Origin: the human T2T-CHM13v2.0 reference genome, Homo sapiens
Reading direction: 5' to 3' (one strand)
Assembly (NCBI RefSeq): GCF_009914755.1
Contig: NC_060942.1
Length of the DNA: 64,000 nucleotides
The position numbers were made by a program, and so were the translations under genes. The notes under the pieces are model-generated. The model had not been told where the DNA came from, searched no databases, and saw only the letters and a list, made by a program, of their open reading frames with translations. Shown here piece by piece: positions 28,824-41,325 of this stretch. Position 1 is the stretch's first letter, and each line of letters begins with the position of its first letter.

Positions 28824-30184
28824 GGAGGTGGATCCCGGGACCAGGATTCTTCCCTAGAGATGCAGGCTCAGCTGAGGCCTCCTCTCCTGGGCTCCAGGTG
28901 CAGACAGGGAGGGGCAGTGCTGGGAGATATGCGTGCAAGCGGGTGTGCTTGAAGGGCAGGAAAGGAAAGGGGTTAGGGACTGGCATTAATCAGTGGCCAC
29001 TACGTGGGGAGAGGTGTTTGAGAGACTCAGAGGAGGTGAACTCGGAGGGAAGGCGCATTGAGACCTGAGGCATTTATGACTTTGCAACTACGTCAAGTGC
29101 AGATGGTGAAACATAAAATGAACTTGCCCTTTGTACAGGGCTGCTCTGAAACCTAATTTTTCACAGAAATGAATTGGTCTTGGCCCTGTCTCCTCTCAGA
29201 CTCCAGGCTCTTTTCTAACCCTTGTCAGCTTCTCTTCTCTAAACGATGTCTCAGGGCCTTGCCCGCCTCCCGCCTCTGGATCGTACCCCAGACCATCCTT
29301 CCTCCACCTCAGAGCCCCTCTGGAGCCCTCTCTGCTTTGCATTCCACCCTGGGCAGCCATAAAAAGCAAGCAAGGGGTCCACCCACAGCCTCACTGCAGG
29401 GCAGGCGCCCCAGGCCCTGGAGCAGGTCTGCTGACTCCACTGCAGGCTGCTGGGCTGGCTCCGCCAGGCTTGGTCTCCTGAGCCTGGCCTGGAAGGCAGG
29501 CAATGTGTGCCATGGGCTGCAGGCAGGGGCCATGCATGGGCAGGGGCGTGTCAGTGCCTATGAGGCAGGTGCTGGCCAGCGAGAGGCAGGCCCGAGGGGA
29601 GCTGGGGAGTTCGATTCCTCTCCTTTCCCTCACCTGTCCTGACATGGACATACTCACAGCAGTGACACTTGCTACCCGGCAGTGATGGCACACAGGTCTG
29701 CCCGCCCTGCCTCCCCACCTCAGTCCACTGCTCCTCCTTCCTGTTTCCCTGAGGCTGCACTCATTAGTAAGTTGGTAGCACTGAAGCTTCTGCCTCAGGT
29801 TGCACTGTTAAAAGACCCTGGATGAAGACATAGTACTCTGAAGCCAGGAGCCACCGATGCATCAGAGGGAGTGGGATGAAATGCACTGGAGAGGCTGTGG
29901 TGGAGTTGGTATCCATGCCAGGCTAGGGCATCTGGGGCTGGGTCAGGGAGGGGCTGGCATGGACACTGAAGCCTGAACGTTGGGAATATTCAAGGAGGAA
30001 TAGCAAGAAGGTATCCGGAGCCAAGAGCAGCCAGAACTGCTGAAACAGAAGGCATCTGGGAGCAGTCATGGGAGACGCTGGCACAGAGCTGGCTTTTGGT
30101 TCCTGGAGTGCAGGCATGCGGCTGCAGGGGCTGCAGGAGAGAGAGGGGTGTGCACAGGTAGCCCAGCACATCCTCCTCCCTCTA

Positions 30185-30185
<1 letters not shown>

Positions 30186-30226
<41 letters not shown>
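30186..30226. repeat. (CA)~20 microsatellite
   Basis: Uninterrupted CA run. Confidence 0.95.
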
Positions 30227-30228
<2 letters not shown>

Positions 30229-30879
30229 CATCGTGTCTGCAGTCAGTACAGATGCCCTGCACCCTCCCAGGCCCCCTCACAGACAGGACTGCGCTCTCAG
30301 GGACCCTGGGCTCAGGCCAACCCACCCCACTTAAGTGGAGACTTTAAAATAAATGAACATATTGTTAGCATGGTTTCCTCCTGTTTGAGCATTATAGCAT
30401 GCTAGTCTCATGAATCAGACCTGATTAGCACAGCCATTGTCATAGCCTGGGAGGGGTACCTCGAGGAGGCATTCAAAGGTAGACTCATGAAATGGAGAGG
30501 GGTATGTAAGAGCAGCCATGGCTTCCTGTGCTGCTAGGACACTTTCCTCACTTAGAGGATGAGCTTTCCAGCTAGTTAGCTTTCCGGTGTATTCTTTTTC
30601 ACAACCAAGTTAACCTGGAGCAGAGACAGCCCTGGGCCTTTTGTGGCTGCTCCTCCAGAAGGTCGCCTGTCCACAGACTACTCCCTGGCCCTGAGAAGCA
30701 GTGATTCAGGTAAAAATCATGTGCATCCAGCAGCCCAAGGTGGAGTCATACTCCAAGCTCCTTCCCTACGGTGGGCCTGACACCTGCAGGCCACCACTGA
30801 CAGGGGCAGAGGCTCTGCTGTGGTGTGACAGGTTTATGTGCAATTACTAGTTCTGGTCACCTATTTTTCTTCTTGCAAA

Positions 30880-31060
30880 TGTGTGTGTGTGCATGCATGT
30901 GTATTTATATGTGTGTGTCTCTGGGTATGGTATGTGCATGATGCTTGCATACGTGTGTGCATGTGGGTATATGTGTAGTGCATGCATATGTGTACCTGCA
31001 TGCACACGTGTATGTGTGCATCTGTATGCCTATGTATGTGTGCACGTGCATGCACAGTGC
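30880..31060. repeat. Degenerate (TG/CA/TA) alternating purine-pyrimidine tract
   Basis: GTGTGTGTGCATGCATGTGTAT...GCACGTGCATGCAC. Confidence 0.8.
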
Positions 31061-32480
31061 ATTCTGCACTACCACTGCCTTTTATGTATTTTGGCTGCAC
31101 ACAGAGACTGTCTCAAGGATGTTCCTTGTGTTACCCCAGGGAGTGCAGCCTGTGAAAGGCAGTGTGAGAAACACCCTCCTCTGTACACACAGCTCCTTTC
31201 CTTTACCTTCAAACTTGCACTTAAGGAGTGAACTCTTGAAAATAAATTCTTTGCTTTGAAAGGTGAAACCAGAAAGAAAGGCAGTCAATTGCTGTTGTCT
31301 TCTTCTAAAGCAGCTGGCAAAGCCTGGAACCTGAGCGCTTGAAGAGCCTGAGTGTGGGTAGGCTGCAGTGTTGCAAGGGAACATTCCCAAATAGAGCACA
31401 AAACACCACTGAACCTTTCCCTTTCCTTCTCCTGGGCCCAAGGCATGTCTCACAGCTTATGGACCTAAGAGTTGCAAAGTTCTTCAGGCTGTCAAAAAGT
31501 CGACACTGTGAAAGGACTGTCTGTGTTGGAGGTGTTTCCCATCCTTCATGTTCAATTTCCAGAAACAAAAGTATTTACTGTGTGAGATTTTTGAGGCTGC
31601 CAAAGGTACATCTAACAGCTTCTTCCATCCTCCCTCCTCCACCTTCCTCCCTCTTTGCTTGCTTCCTTACTTCCTTCCTTCCTCCCTCCCTCCACAAACG
31701 CATCCTAAGCCCTGCAATCTGCTGGCCCAGCAATCCACATTTATGATGCTGGGGATAGGGTGGAGAAACGAGAGGCAGTGCCTGCCCCCAAGGACTTTGT
31801 ACCTAGGGCGGAGGGTAGGGAGGGATGTGAAACAAACATATAATTAGAAATGATAGTCCTTGCCTTGAAGAGGGACACCAGGGCTGTGAGGGAGACTCAC
31901 AGGCAATTCTCATCTAGGCTGTGGGGCAGACAATAAGAAACAACCTCTCTGTGTGAGTAGCACTCCATTCTTTCCTCAATCAACGTTCTTCCACCATTTC
32001 CTGAAAGCCTACTGCTCTAGGGGCTGGAGAAACAGTAGGGATCAGAGTAACTGAGGCTTCACATCTGCAAGGATGCTATTTTTCAGAGAACAGACACAGA
32101 CAGTAAGCAAGACGGGGCCAGGCTGGGAGCCAGCAGCCCTGGGCTGAGATTCACAGAGGCTGGCTGGAAAATCATGATGGGAAGGCATTCAGAGGACATG
32201 TTTTCTCCTCTTTGCACACTTTCTACCTCCAGTCCTGGGCTCCAGGCTGGGAGAAGAGAACTAGGACCCCGCTGGGTCCCCCATTATGAGACTGAAGGAC
32301 TGCAGAGCCCAAGCTGTGCTGGTAGTGACCAACTGAAGACCCTAAGTCCATGACCTGGGAACATACTGGTCATGAGCCTCATGTCACTGTGCAAAGAGCT
32401 TACTCCCTACAGCAGGGACCTCCCATGACATAAGGTGAATACATCATTGTGCTTGCCTCCTTCAGCACTTTGGTCATGAG

Positions 32481-33536
32481 TGTAAAGGAAAATGAAAAGA
32501 AATCTCAGAACCCCTAACTTCTAGAGACCGAGTCACAAAACACCACCAGCTTTTTCCCAAATAAACAACAGTTACTTTACAAGCTGGTGTCCAAGCATTC
32601 CACACTCAACAAACTGTGGCAGGAGAACAGGGAGTTAGAGTAAACGGGGGTTCAGCAGGTGTAGCCAGTTCATATAAGCAAAAGAACAGCAGGTGCCGCC
32701 GGTTTGTATAAGCAGGAGAGCAGCAGGGGCTGCATACAGGCCACGTCCTCCCGCCCATGGTAACAAGCCACTCCAGCCTCTGATGGACTGCAAGCTGGGT
32801 CTCCACTGCAGCCTCTGATGGGTCGCAGGCCAATCTTTCATGGGGTGTAGCCAATTGGAGGCCTCTAAAGGGCATGGAGGGGTGTTGCCAGGTTCCTCGA
32901 GCTTAATAAAACCCCTAATTAAGGAGGCTATTGACCGCTTGCTCGAGCCGGTTCCCGCTCTGTGAATTGTCCTCAATAAATCTGTGCTTTTGTTGCTCCG
33001 TTCTTCTGTTGCTTTGCCTTTCGTTGCTTCGCCTTTCGTTGCTTCATTCTTTTGTTACTTTGTGTGTGCATTTTGTTCAGTTCTTGGTTCAACACTTCAA
33101 GAATGTGGACAACTTTATCTTGTAACAAAACCCCATAGAAAAGCAAAGGCCCCTGGCGTCTCTGGGTGACTGCCCCCACAAACTGTTCCTTGCTGGCCTG
33201 GAACCGTTTCAAGATGTACATCCTCCCATCAAACAAGGATATGTCAATGGTAACTTCAGGTCTGCAATCCAACCGCTGCTCCTAAAACTAAAGTCTTTTC
33301 CATTCCGCACTGATGATGCTCATCTTCCCAGGTATGAAACTGACGAGATGACCCATTCTTCTGCCTTCACTCCTCTCCCTACATGCCTTCCCCAACTTAG
33401 GAGGAAATGCATAAACACCGAGTCTCAGTCACACACACAACCGTGGCTGGTGTTTCCTGGATGTGCCCTCAGCTCTGGCTGAATATACCTCAGCTGATTG
33501 AGACTCTTGCCTCAGTCACTCATTTTGGATTAAACA
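32481..33536 (+). mobile_element. MER4-group ERV1 LTR (MER4C-like), host of a nested LTR
   Basis: Begins TGTAAAGGAAAAT...AATCTCAGAACCCC, ends GATTGAGACTCTTGCCTCAGTCACTCATTTTGGATTAAACA; subfamily uncertain. Confidence 0.65.
32615..33127 (+). mobile_element. MER66-like solo ERV1 LTR
   Basis: TG...CA ends with 4-bp TSD AAAC (32611-32614, 33128-33131); AAGCAAAAGAACAGCAGGTG and CCAATTGGAGGCCTCTAAAGGGCA motifs; AATAAA present. Confidence 0.85.
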
Positions 33537-33719
33537 AGAAAATAAATGCAAAGGTGTTTTAGAAAATTTAAAAAGTGGCTTTAGAAACTAAGTATTCTCT
33601 TCTTTTCCCACAGAACACAGTCTCAACAGAAGAAGGATGAAATGCTCCCACGCTTGCCGCCCTCTGCTCTTTTACAGGTCTTGAGTTGTCGCTGGCCTTC
33701 CTGATCACATCTTCCACCC

Positions 33720-33925
33720 CCAACCCATATTCCCTTTCTCCTCTTCAGGCATCTTGGCTGGCCATGGCCCTCAGTCCTCTACCTGGTAGGGGACACAAAC
33801 TTTCATTCCGGAAGGGTCTGAGACATTCATAGTTCATCTGGACTGGCTATTTGCAGTTTTCAACTGACCTCAGTCACAGGACATGGCAGTACTAATAACA
33901 GACAGGACTTGGGGGATCTCTTCTT
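33720..33925 (-). mobile_element. ERVL-type internal-sequence fragment
   Basis: ACCTGGTAGGGGACACAAACTTTCATTCCGGAAGGGTCTG...GCAGTTTTCAACTGACCTCAGTCACAGGACATGG resembles antisense HERVL/HERV16 internal sequence as recalled. Confidence 0.45.
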
Positions 33926-36900
33926 GAACCTCGCTGACCAGATGTTTAAAATATTTAGTGTTGTGTTGAACATGGGGAGTCGGGCTAAAGGGCACCCATG
34001 AGGCGTAAGCATATTGAAGATGACTGTAAGAGGGGGACAAGATGCTCACCTCCTGTTATTAGTCTTGATGCGTGTGGGACTGGACAAAGCAGATTTAAAT
34101 TGAAGCAAGATAAACTTGGATCAGACAAAAAAGGGAGTCTTAAAGAAGAGCAGATTTAGGTTCTGCAGGGTATAATAAAGACAGCTTTCATTTCCCCCCC
34201 AGGAGAAGATCAACAACAGGAGACAGAGGGACCCCTCTAGAGGCAGGAGGAAAGATAAATGGCCACAGGCTGCTGTCATCTAGGCCAGGGTTCTGGCAGC
34301 AATGAAAACACGTCTGCAGGAGGAGAAAGAAGTGCTTTTGAATCCATCTTACTCATCGTCTGTCTCTTGTCTCTTCAAAGTGAATGCAGTTGGAAGGAAA
34401 GGGACAGGTTGGTTCTGTGCTTTGCCCAAGTAGGTCCAAATTCTGTTTTTTTTCAGGATGTAGCAGGGTGAGCTGTTCTGACAAACTTGATCTTAGCACA
34501 ACAGGGGCAGTAAGGTCATCATCCCCACCAGTCCTTTGCCCTAGGATTACAGGACCTGCCCCCAGAGGGACAGGAGCTCATCCTACACTGTCCCAGTGTT
34601 TCTGTGAAACACCTTAGCTCCCTGGCTGATTCCCCAGTGGCTCAGGGGCCCAGGGAGCCTCCTCACACCCAAGGTCCCTGTCCCCAGGTGTGGGGGATCC
34701 CTATGTATGACATTGTGGGTGACTGGGACTCCTCACTGAACAGGATCAGTAAAGGGCCTGCCTGGCTCTAGGCACTCATTCAGCTGCACTGGAATTTGGA
34801 GAAAGAGGCTGCAGAATACACCCCTAGCCCTAATTAGGAAAGAAACAGAGTGGTCTTGAGTCAACTCCTGAAAGCTGTGTGTGCCCTGGATCAATGGCCC
34901 ACGGGACATGTAGAACAGAGGCAGGAAGTCCCACTGTAAATGGCAGACTTCAGTTTCCAGGACTTAGATTCCACTGGGAAGCAGCTGTCCAATTCACAAA
35001 ATTGTCAGTGATCAAAATAAATATAATAAAGTAGTTCATTTTAAGCAATGCAAAGAAAGCTGAGTGGCAGATAAAGCTAAAGATGAGCTCCAGATGCCAC
35101 CAGGCATAGCACGTGGAGGGACTGCATACCCGCGTCCAGCGTAACTTACAACTCCTGGAATGCTGGGACTGTGCAGTGTTAATTCTAATGGCCCATGGAG
35201 GCATAATTAATTAACCTTTCAGTTACTCTGGGCACTGCCCTTATCCAAACATAAATATGTGTATGCCGGGAAAATTTTGCAATATAGAAAGCCGACATCG
35301 TTGACTCCTTATTCATAGGCAAATCCAGTGCTTTTCAATTTTGACTGTGCAGCAGAATCACCGATGGATTTTATTTTTAAAATAGGGGTACGTATGTCTC
35401 ATCTCACCCAGGGTGAGGTCCATGGATCTAATGTTATGAAGCCCACAGTGGGTCCCAAATCCCAGCTGAGCTCCAGGACTAGGAATGTCACCCAGCCTCC
35501 CTGCTGTAGAGCTGCACCATGGCTTTCGTTCTTCCCGTGGTGGAAACAAAGCTTGCCTAGAGTTTCTGGATGCAGCATCTCTCCGAAAACAAGCTGGGGC
35601 TCTGCCGCCCTCACTGGAGCACAGCCAGTGCTGTGGAGCCCCCAGAGTGGCCACAGGGATAGAGGGGACTTAAAACTGAGTAGGGGGCAACAGAGTTGGG
35701 GGTCTATCCACCACATGTGGACACACAGCAAGTCAGGCATGTGGGAAGGAGGGAACAGCAGCGTGGAATGGAAATGGCAAATGTTCATCCAGCCAGGTGT
35801 TATTTTATTTATGGCTTCTGGGGAAATGGGATGAACAATTTCAGAACAGCCTTGGGTTGAACTTGATGCTGCAAATGGAACTTAATTGCTCAAATAATGT
35901 CATATCAATTTCATATAAATGATAAAGAAGGAAAGTCCCTCTTTCTAGAGAGAAAACTCTCCTGACGGCATCAGGCTGTCCTGGGAAGTCACTGCTTCCC
36001 TTTTCTGTTGTGGGGCATAACGGGAGATGAAGCTGGGAATTGACAATCTCTTTTTTCTGCTGGACTGAAACCTCCTGGAGCAGAAAAATAGTTTTTTATT
36101 TTGCAAATGAAAGTCAAAGATGTGGCAGGAGTTGAGGGTGGGCATTGCAAGAGCTAAATCCGGTGCTTCTGACAGCCCAGCCCTAGTGAGAGGCCCCTTC
36201 TGAGAGTCCCAGGGACTCTTATGTAAATGAAACTCAAATAGAGCTCCCCACAGCACCTGAGCTTAGGGTCACCAGGCTCTGGGACTCTGTATGTGCTCCC
36301 AGGAGATTCCATCCCCAGGATAACACTGCAGGTCAATTTGTGCTTTTCCTACCATGCAAACCATACTCTGGTAACTGTGCAGGATTCTAAGAAATAAACT
36401 TATTGAACCAAAGTATTGTATAACTTATTTTAAGTTATATATTTTTCCTTGTCATTAGTAACCAAAGAATAATTATTCTGCCATTTTTAATTACAGTGTG
36501 TGCATATAGAAAGTATTTCTTTCTTTTTTATTAGAGAATGTGTGCTACATACCTTTAGGCTCTACCTTCCAAACTGAGTGGAAGGCAGGCACGCTCCCTC
36601 TTCACCCGGTAATAGCCCTTGGAGTACAGATTTGGTGTCTAGGAGAACATCCCAAGTCTCTGGCATGTGGCGTCACCACCCTGGGGAGTGGCAGTGGCTC
36701 TCCTGCGTGGAGCACTCTGTGCAGGCTGTGCCCCTCCCAGGCAGGGCAGGCATGCTGCATTCAGAGCCTGTGAGACACTCCCCAGGGCTGGTCGGAAAGC
36801 AGCTGGTTCTGAAGAGGAGGCTGTAAGGCTTCCAATCTTGGGGACCCCTTGTGTCTGGAAAGAGGGATCTGGGAGTCCTAGAAAAATCTTCCAGGGCAGG

Positions 36901-38310
36901 TCTCCATTCCAGAGAGTAAAAGCTGCAGCCTTGAGCAGCCTCTTCTCCTCCCAGCTGTCCCCGTTCAGGTCAGGGACCAGGGCAGTCTTTGTCACCAGGG
37001 AGGTGGGTACCAGGTGGTCCTGGCCAAGTGGCCAGGATCCAGGTCTTGGGCAGCCTTTGAGCTGTCCCTGCAGGGCTTGAGAGGTGGGGAGGAGGGAGAA
37101 GGACAGGCTAGAAGCCCAGTACAAGGAAGTGAGGTCAGGCCTGAGTGCAGACACTGGGCAGCCAAGGTCCAGAGATGCTGAGGTCTGCTCTGGCCACAAA
37201 TGAGCCCAGACTGCAGCTTCTGACCCTCCCCATGACTCTGTCCCCACACACGGGGGCCTCTCATGGGCCTCAGCCTATGGCCTACAAAGTACAAGCTCCT
37301 TACCCTGCCCCTTGCCCAGCCTGGCACCTCCCATGTTCTAGGAGGATGAGGAAGTCCTAGGAACCATTTCTCTATTTCCCTTCCTCTCTGAACCGTGAAT
37401 CTCTTCTTCTTACTTCCAAAAGGCCAGGGCAGAAGTCACAATGGCTGCTTGGACCGTGGAAGCCTGAAGCCTGGTCCCTAAAGTGAATATGGTCTTGGCA
37501 ACATCAGAACTGCCAAGAGCCAAGGTTTCCTTATTGGCTAAATTAAATCACAATCCTCCCCTGGCTAACCTAGAACTCTGGGAATCAAATATACCAATAA
37601 AATGTCTGTAAAAGCACTGTTTGAATTTGCATTTGCACCACTACTCTTAGCAGAGGAAGCGGCAGCCTGAGGCTGGTGTGAGCACTGGGCTGGGAGTCAG
37701 CGGTTCTAAGCGTGAGCCCCAGCTCTGCAACCTACCAGCCTATTTGGGACTCTCCATTTCTCATCTGAAAATGCGTAGGCCGGAAATAGCTGCTGCCCTG
37801 CCTGCTGTCATCATCTCAGTCACTGAACAAGTGTATGGGGATCATCAGTCTGTATCAGGTACCCTTGTAGACATGGGACTGGCATTGTGTGTTCAGACAC
37901 GGGCCCTGACTGCACGTCTCACATCCCAGTGGTGAGGAGACAGACAGCAAACAGGTAGGTAATTAAATAAATACGATCATTTAATCTTCTTTATGTGTGT
38001 GGTGATGCTGGCATAAACAGACATACTGCTCTGCCAGTCCTATAAAAGTCTAGCACACACAATTATATTCTGTACATAATAAGTGATAATGATAATAAAA
38101 GGTTTACTGATTTACATATTTACTATACTATACTTGTTATGGTTGTAGAGTGTGGGCTCCTTCTACTTATAAAAATAAGTTAACTGTAAAATGGTCTCAG
38201 GCATGTCCTTCAGGAGGAATTCCAGAAGAAGGCATCGCTATCACAGGAGATGACAGCTCCATGTTATTGCCCCTGAAGACCTTCCAGTGGGACAGGATGT
38301 GGAGGTGTAA

Positions 38311-38694
<384 letters not shown>

Positions 38695-38887
38695 TAAAAT
38701 GTTAAAAAAAGAATTTGAAAACAGAAAAAATCTTACAGAATAAGGATACAAAGAGAAAATATTTTTTACAGCTGGACAATGTGTTTGTATTCTAAGCTGA
38801 GTCATTACAAAAGAGTCAAAAAGTTAAAAGCATAGAAATTTATAAAGTAAAAAGTTACAGGAAGCTTATTTTCTTTCTGAAGTTCAG

Positions 38888-39006
38888 TCTGGGTGCACAG
38901 TAGGCTCCACCATCTGGCCTGGGTGCGCAGTGGGCTCCGCCATCCGGCCTGGGTGCACAGTGGGTTCTGCCATCCGGCCTCGGTGCGCAGTGGGCTGTGC
39001 CATCCA
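38888..39006. repeat. 30-bp tandem repeat, 4 copies, inside Tigger3
   Basis: GGTGC(A/G)CAGT(A/G)GG at period 30 (38891, 38921, 38951, 38981). Confidence 0.9.
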
Positions 39007-41137
39007 GGTGTGTGTAAGTGTGCTCTGTGGTGTTCACACAATGGCAAAATCACCTAATGACACATTTCTCATAACAGAGCCCTGTTGTTAAGGGATGCGT
39101 GGCTATAAGAATGTCGCGTTCAGGGAGAAATTGGGGCTGAGGACACAGATGTGGCAGGAATTGTGAATTTGGTCGTTAAAGTTGTGGCACCTAAGGGACA
39201 CACCCAGATAGCAGGAGCGAGGAAAAGTCAAGATCCAGCTCTAGACGAGCCCACAGGAAGAGGACTGGCTGAGAAGGGAGAGCTGACACAAGACAAGGAG
39301 AGGGAGGGAGGTGGCGCAGGTGAAAGGAGCCGGGGTGGAGTGATGCATGGTACCCCCTGCTGTTAGGGTGCAATGAAATACAAAATATAATCCTTTCAAT
39401 AAGTTTTAAAGCACTGTTTAACTGTTAGTCACAGTGGGCCCCTGGGTGTGGGCGGAGGGAACAGCTGACCACAGCAATGACGAAGAGATGACAAGAAGCT
39501 ACCTGGGCCACTGGTTCCTTGGCTCCCTGGTCCTGGAGGAGGCTGGGCTAGACTTGGGAGGAGGGGAGGAGGTGTCTCCTGCAGCCACCAGGACCATGGC
39601 CGCCCTCCCTCACTTGCCGTGGGCCTCCCTCCCTCTGCTCTTCCCTCGCTCGCCACCTGGGGGTACTGGGTCACTTACTTCCACACTCATTCTTCAATGT
39701 CCACGAGCAAACCTGGAAATGAGGGTGGCTATACTCAGGACAGGATCAGGGTCCATGATGTTGGGTGTTTACAGCGCCTCCCAAAAACGTCGTGATACAG
39801 GACCAGGAACCTCCAGCGAGGGCCCTTCCCAGTCACACGGCAGCAGTGCATGTGCACGTGGGGCCCAGGATGCTTCAGATCTGAAGGAACACCTGGGAAG
39901 GGCCCCATCAGCGGCAGGGGGCCGGGGGGGGGGTTCGTCCAGGATTTCGTGCATGTGTCACTGCAGTTATGTCATTAAAGATTTGTTTTGCTTGGGCATT
40001 TTCATGGAGTGTATTGTTTTTATCTGAGTTACAAACACATTCGGGTAGATACACACATGCCCAGCCTGTGATATTTTTGACAAGAAGTAAGACCTATTAA
40101 AAAGCATATTTTTACTGATTCAATCCCTTAGGCCAAGAGCAGAGACATGGAGTTATGCAGAGGTGGGGGTGACAGGGCAGGAGGGTGTTTCAGGGGAAGC
40201 GTGAAGCAGTCTCCTCCCTTTTTTCTGGGCCACCTCCTGGGTGAGCTGGAGTAGCTGGCCAGGCTCGGATTGCTCCTCCAGGCAGCGGAAGGGGCCCCTG
40301 CCCAAAAGGTGGGAGATGCCAGATGGCCTGGGGCACAGCAGGCTTGGCTAAGTCGGCCCCCAGAGCACAGAAAGGCTCTCTGAGAGCTCGGATCCCACCT
40401 GCTTTTTCAGAGTGAGTATTTCCTTTCTAGAGGCCAGGAACGGAGATGCATCAGCCTCAGCTGAGTAAGCAGGGTTCGAATAGGACACCACTGGGGCCAT
40501 TGGGCTTCTTCCATGGCACTGACTTCTTAGGCAGCTCCCCACCTTCTCAGGAGAAACCATCTCCCCTCAATGTCAGGGTAAGCAGTGCCCGTCTTTTCAG
40601 GGGGAGGCAAGTATTCTTCATGTACAGAGGAATAGATTTGAGCATGCTGGGAAAACCAGGGTCACACAGCACGGAAATCCCTCTGTCGAAGGAGGAGAAC
40701 AGGAGGCCCAGGTGGGACTGAGGGGCCACTCACACCCAGGAACCACCTCCAGCTCCCAGCCTGGGGTGCCTGATGGTGCCACCTTTGGTTAGAGGCTGCT
40801 GTGGTCACGAATGTCCCTTCTCCAAGGGTTTTGGGTCTGAGGACCCAGTGAGCCTCTCCCCTCTGCAGTGTACTCACAGGAAGCTGAATTCCCTGGGGTT
40901 CTGGGGTCAGGAACACCCACCTAGAGCCACAGAAGACCCAGGTTGAGCCACTCCTGAACATCCCTGGTTTTGTTTTTACCAAAACCCAGGAAGAGGCTTC
41001 GATTTCAAGCATGAAGTTAGGGACAGGAAGAAAACTAATATCCTTGGCTACCTACTCCACAGCAGCCTTCTGAAACTTCTTTAACCCTCTACCAATGGCA
41101 GCACCCATTTTGCAGAGGTGGAAACTAAGATTTAGAC

Positions 41138-41325
41138 CAGGGCTGTCCAATAGCACTCGCTGTGGAGCTGGGTCAACACAGCGGCCACCAGCCACAGGGC
41201 ACTATTGAGCAGTGTGGCAAGTGCACCAGCGAAGTGGGATTTTAAATTGTATTTCCTTTTATTTGAATTAAGGGTAAATGCAAATAGCTTCCTGTGGCTA
41301 GTGACTGCTACATTGGACAGTGCAG
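41138..41325 (+). mobile_element. MER3 (hAT-Charlie) inserted in a minus-strand MIR
   Basis: Terminal repeats CAGGGCTGTCCAATA ... ATTGGACAGTGCAG with internal GTGGCTAGTG; MIR core flanks both sides. Confidence 0.85.

Noticed and set aside
39360-40110. AT-rich patches suggestive of an old DNA transposon
   Set aside because: I could not identify terminal repeats or a family with confidence
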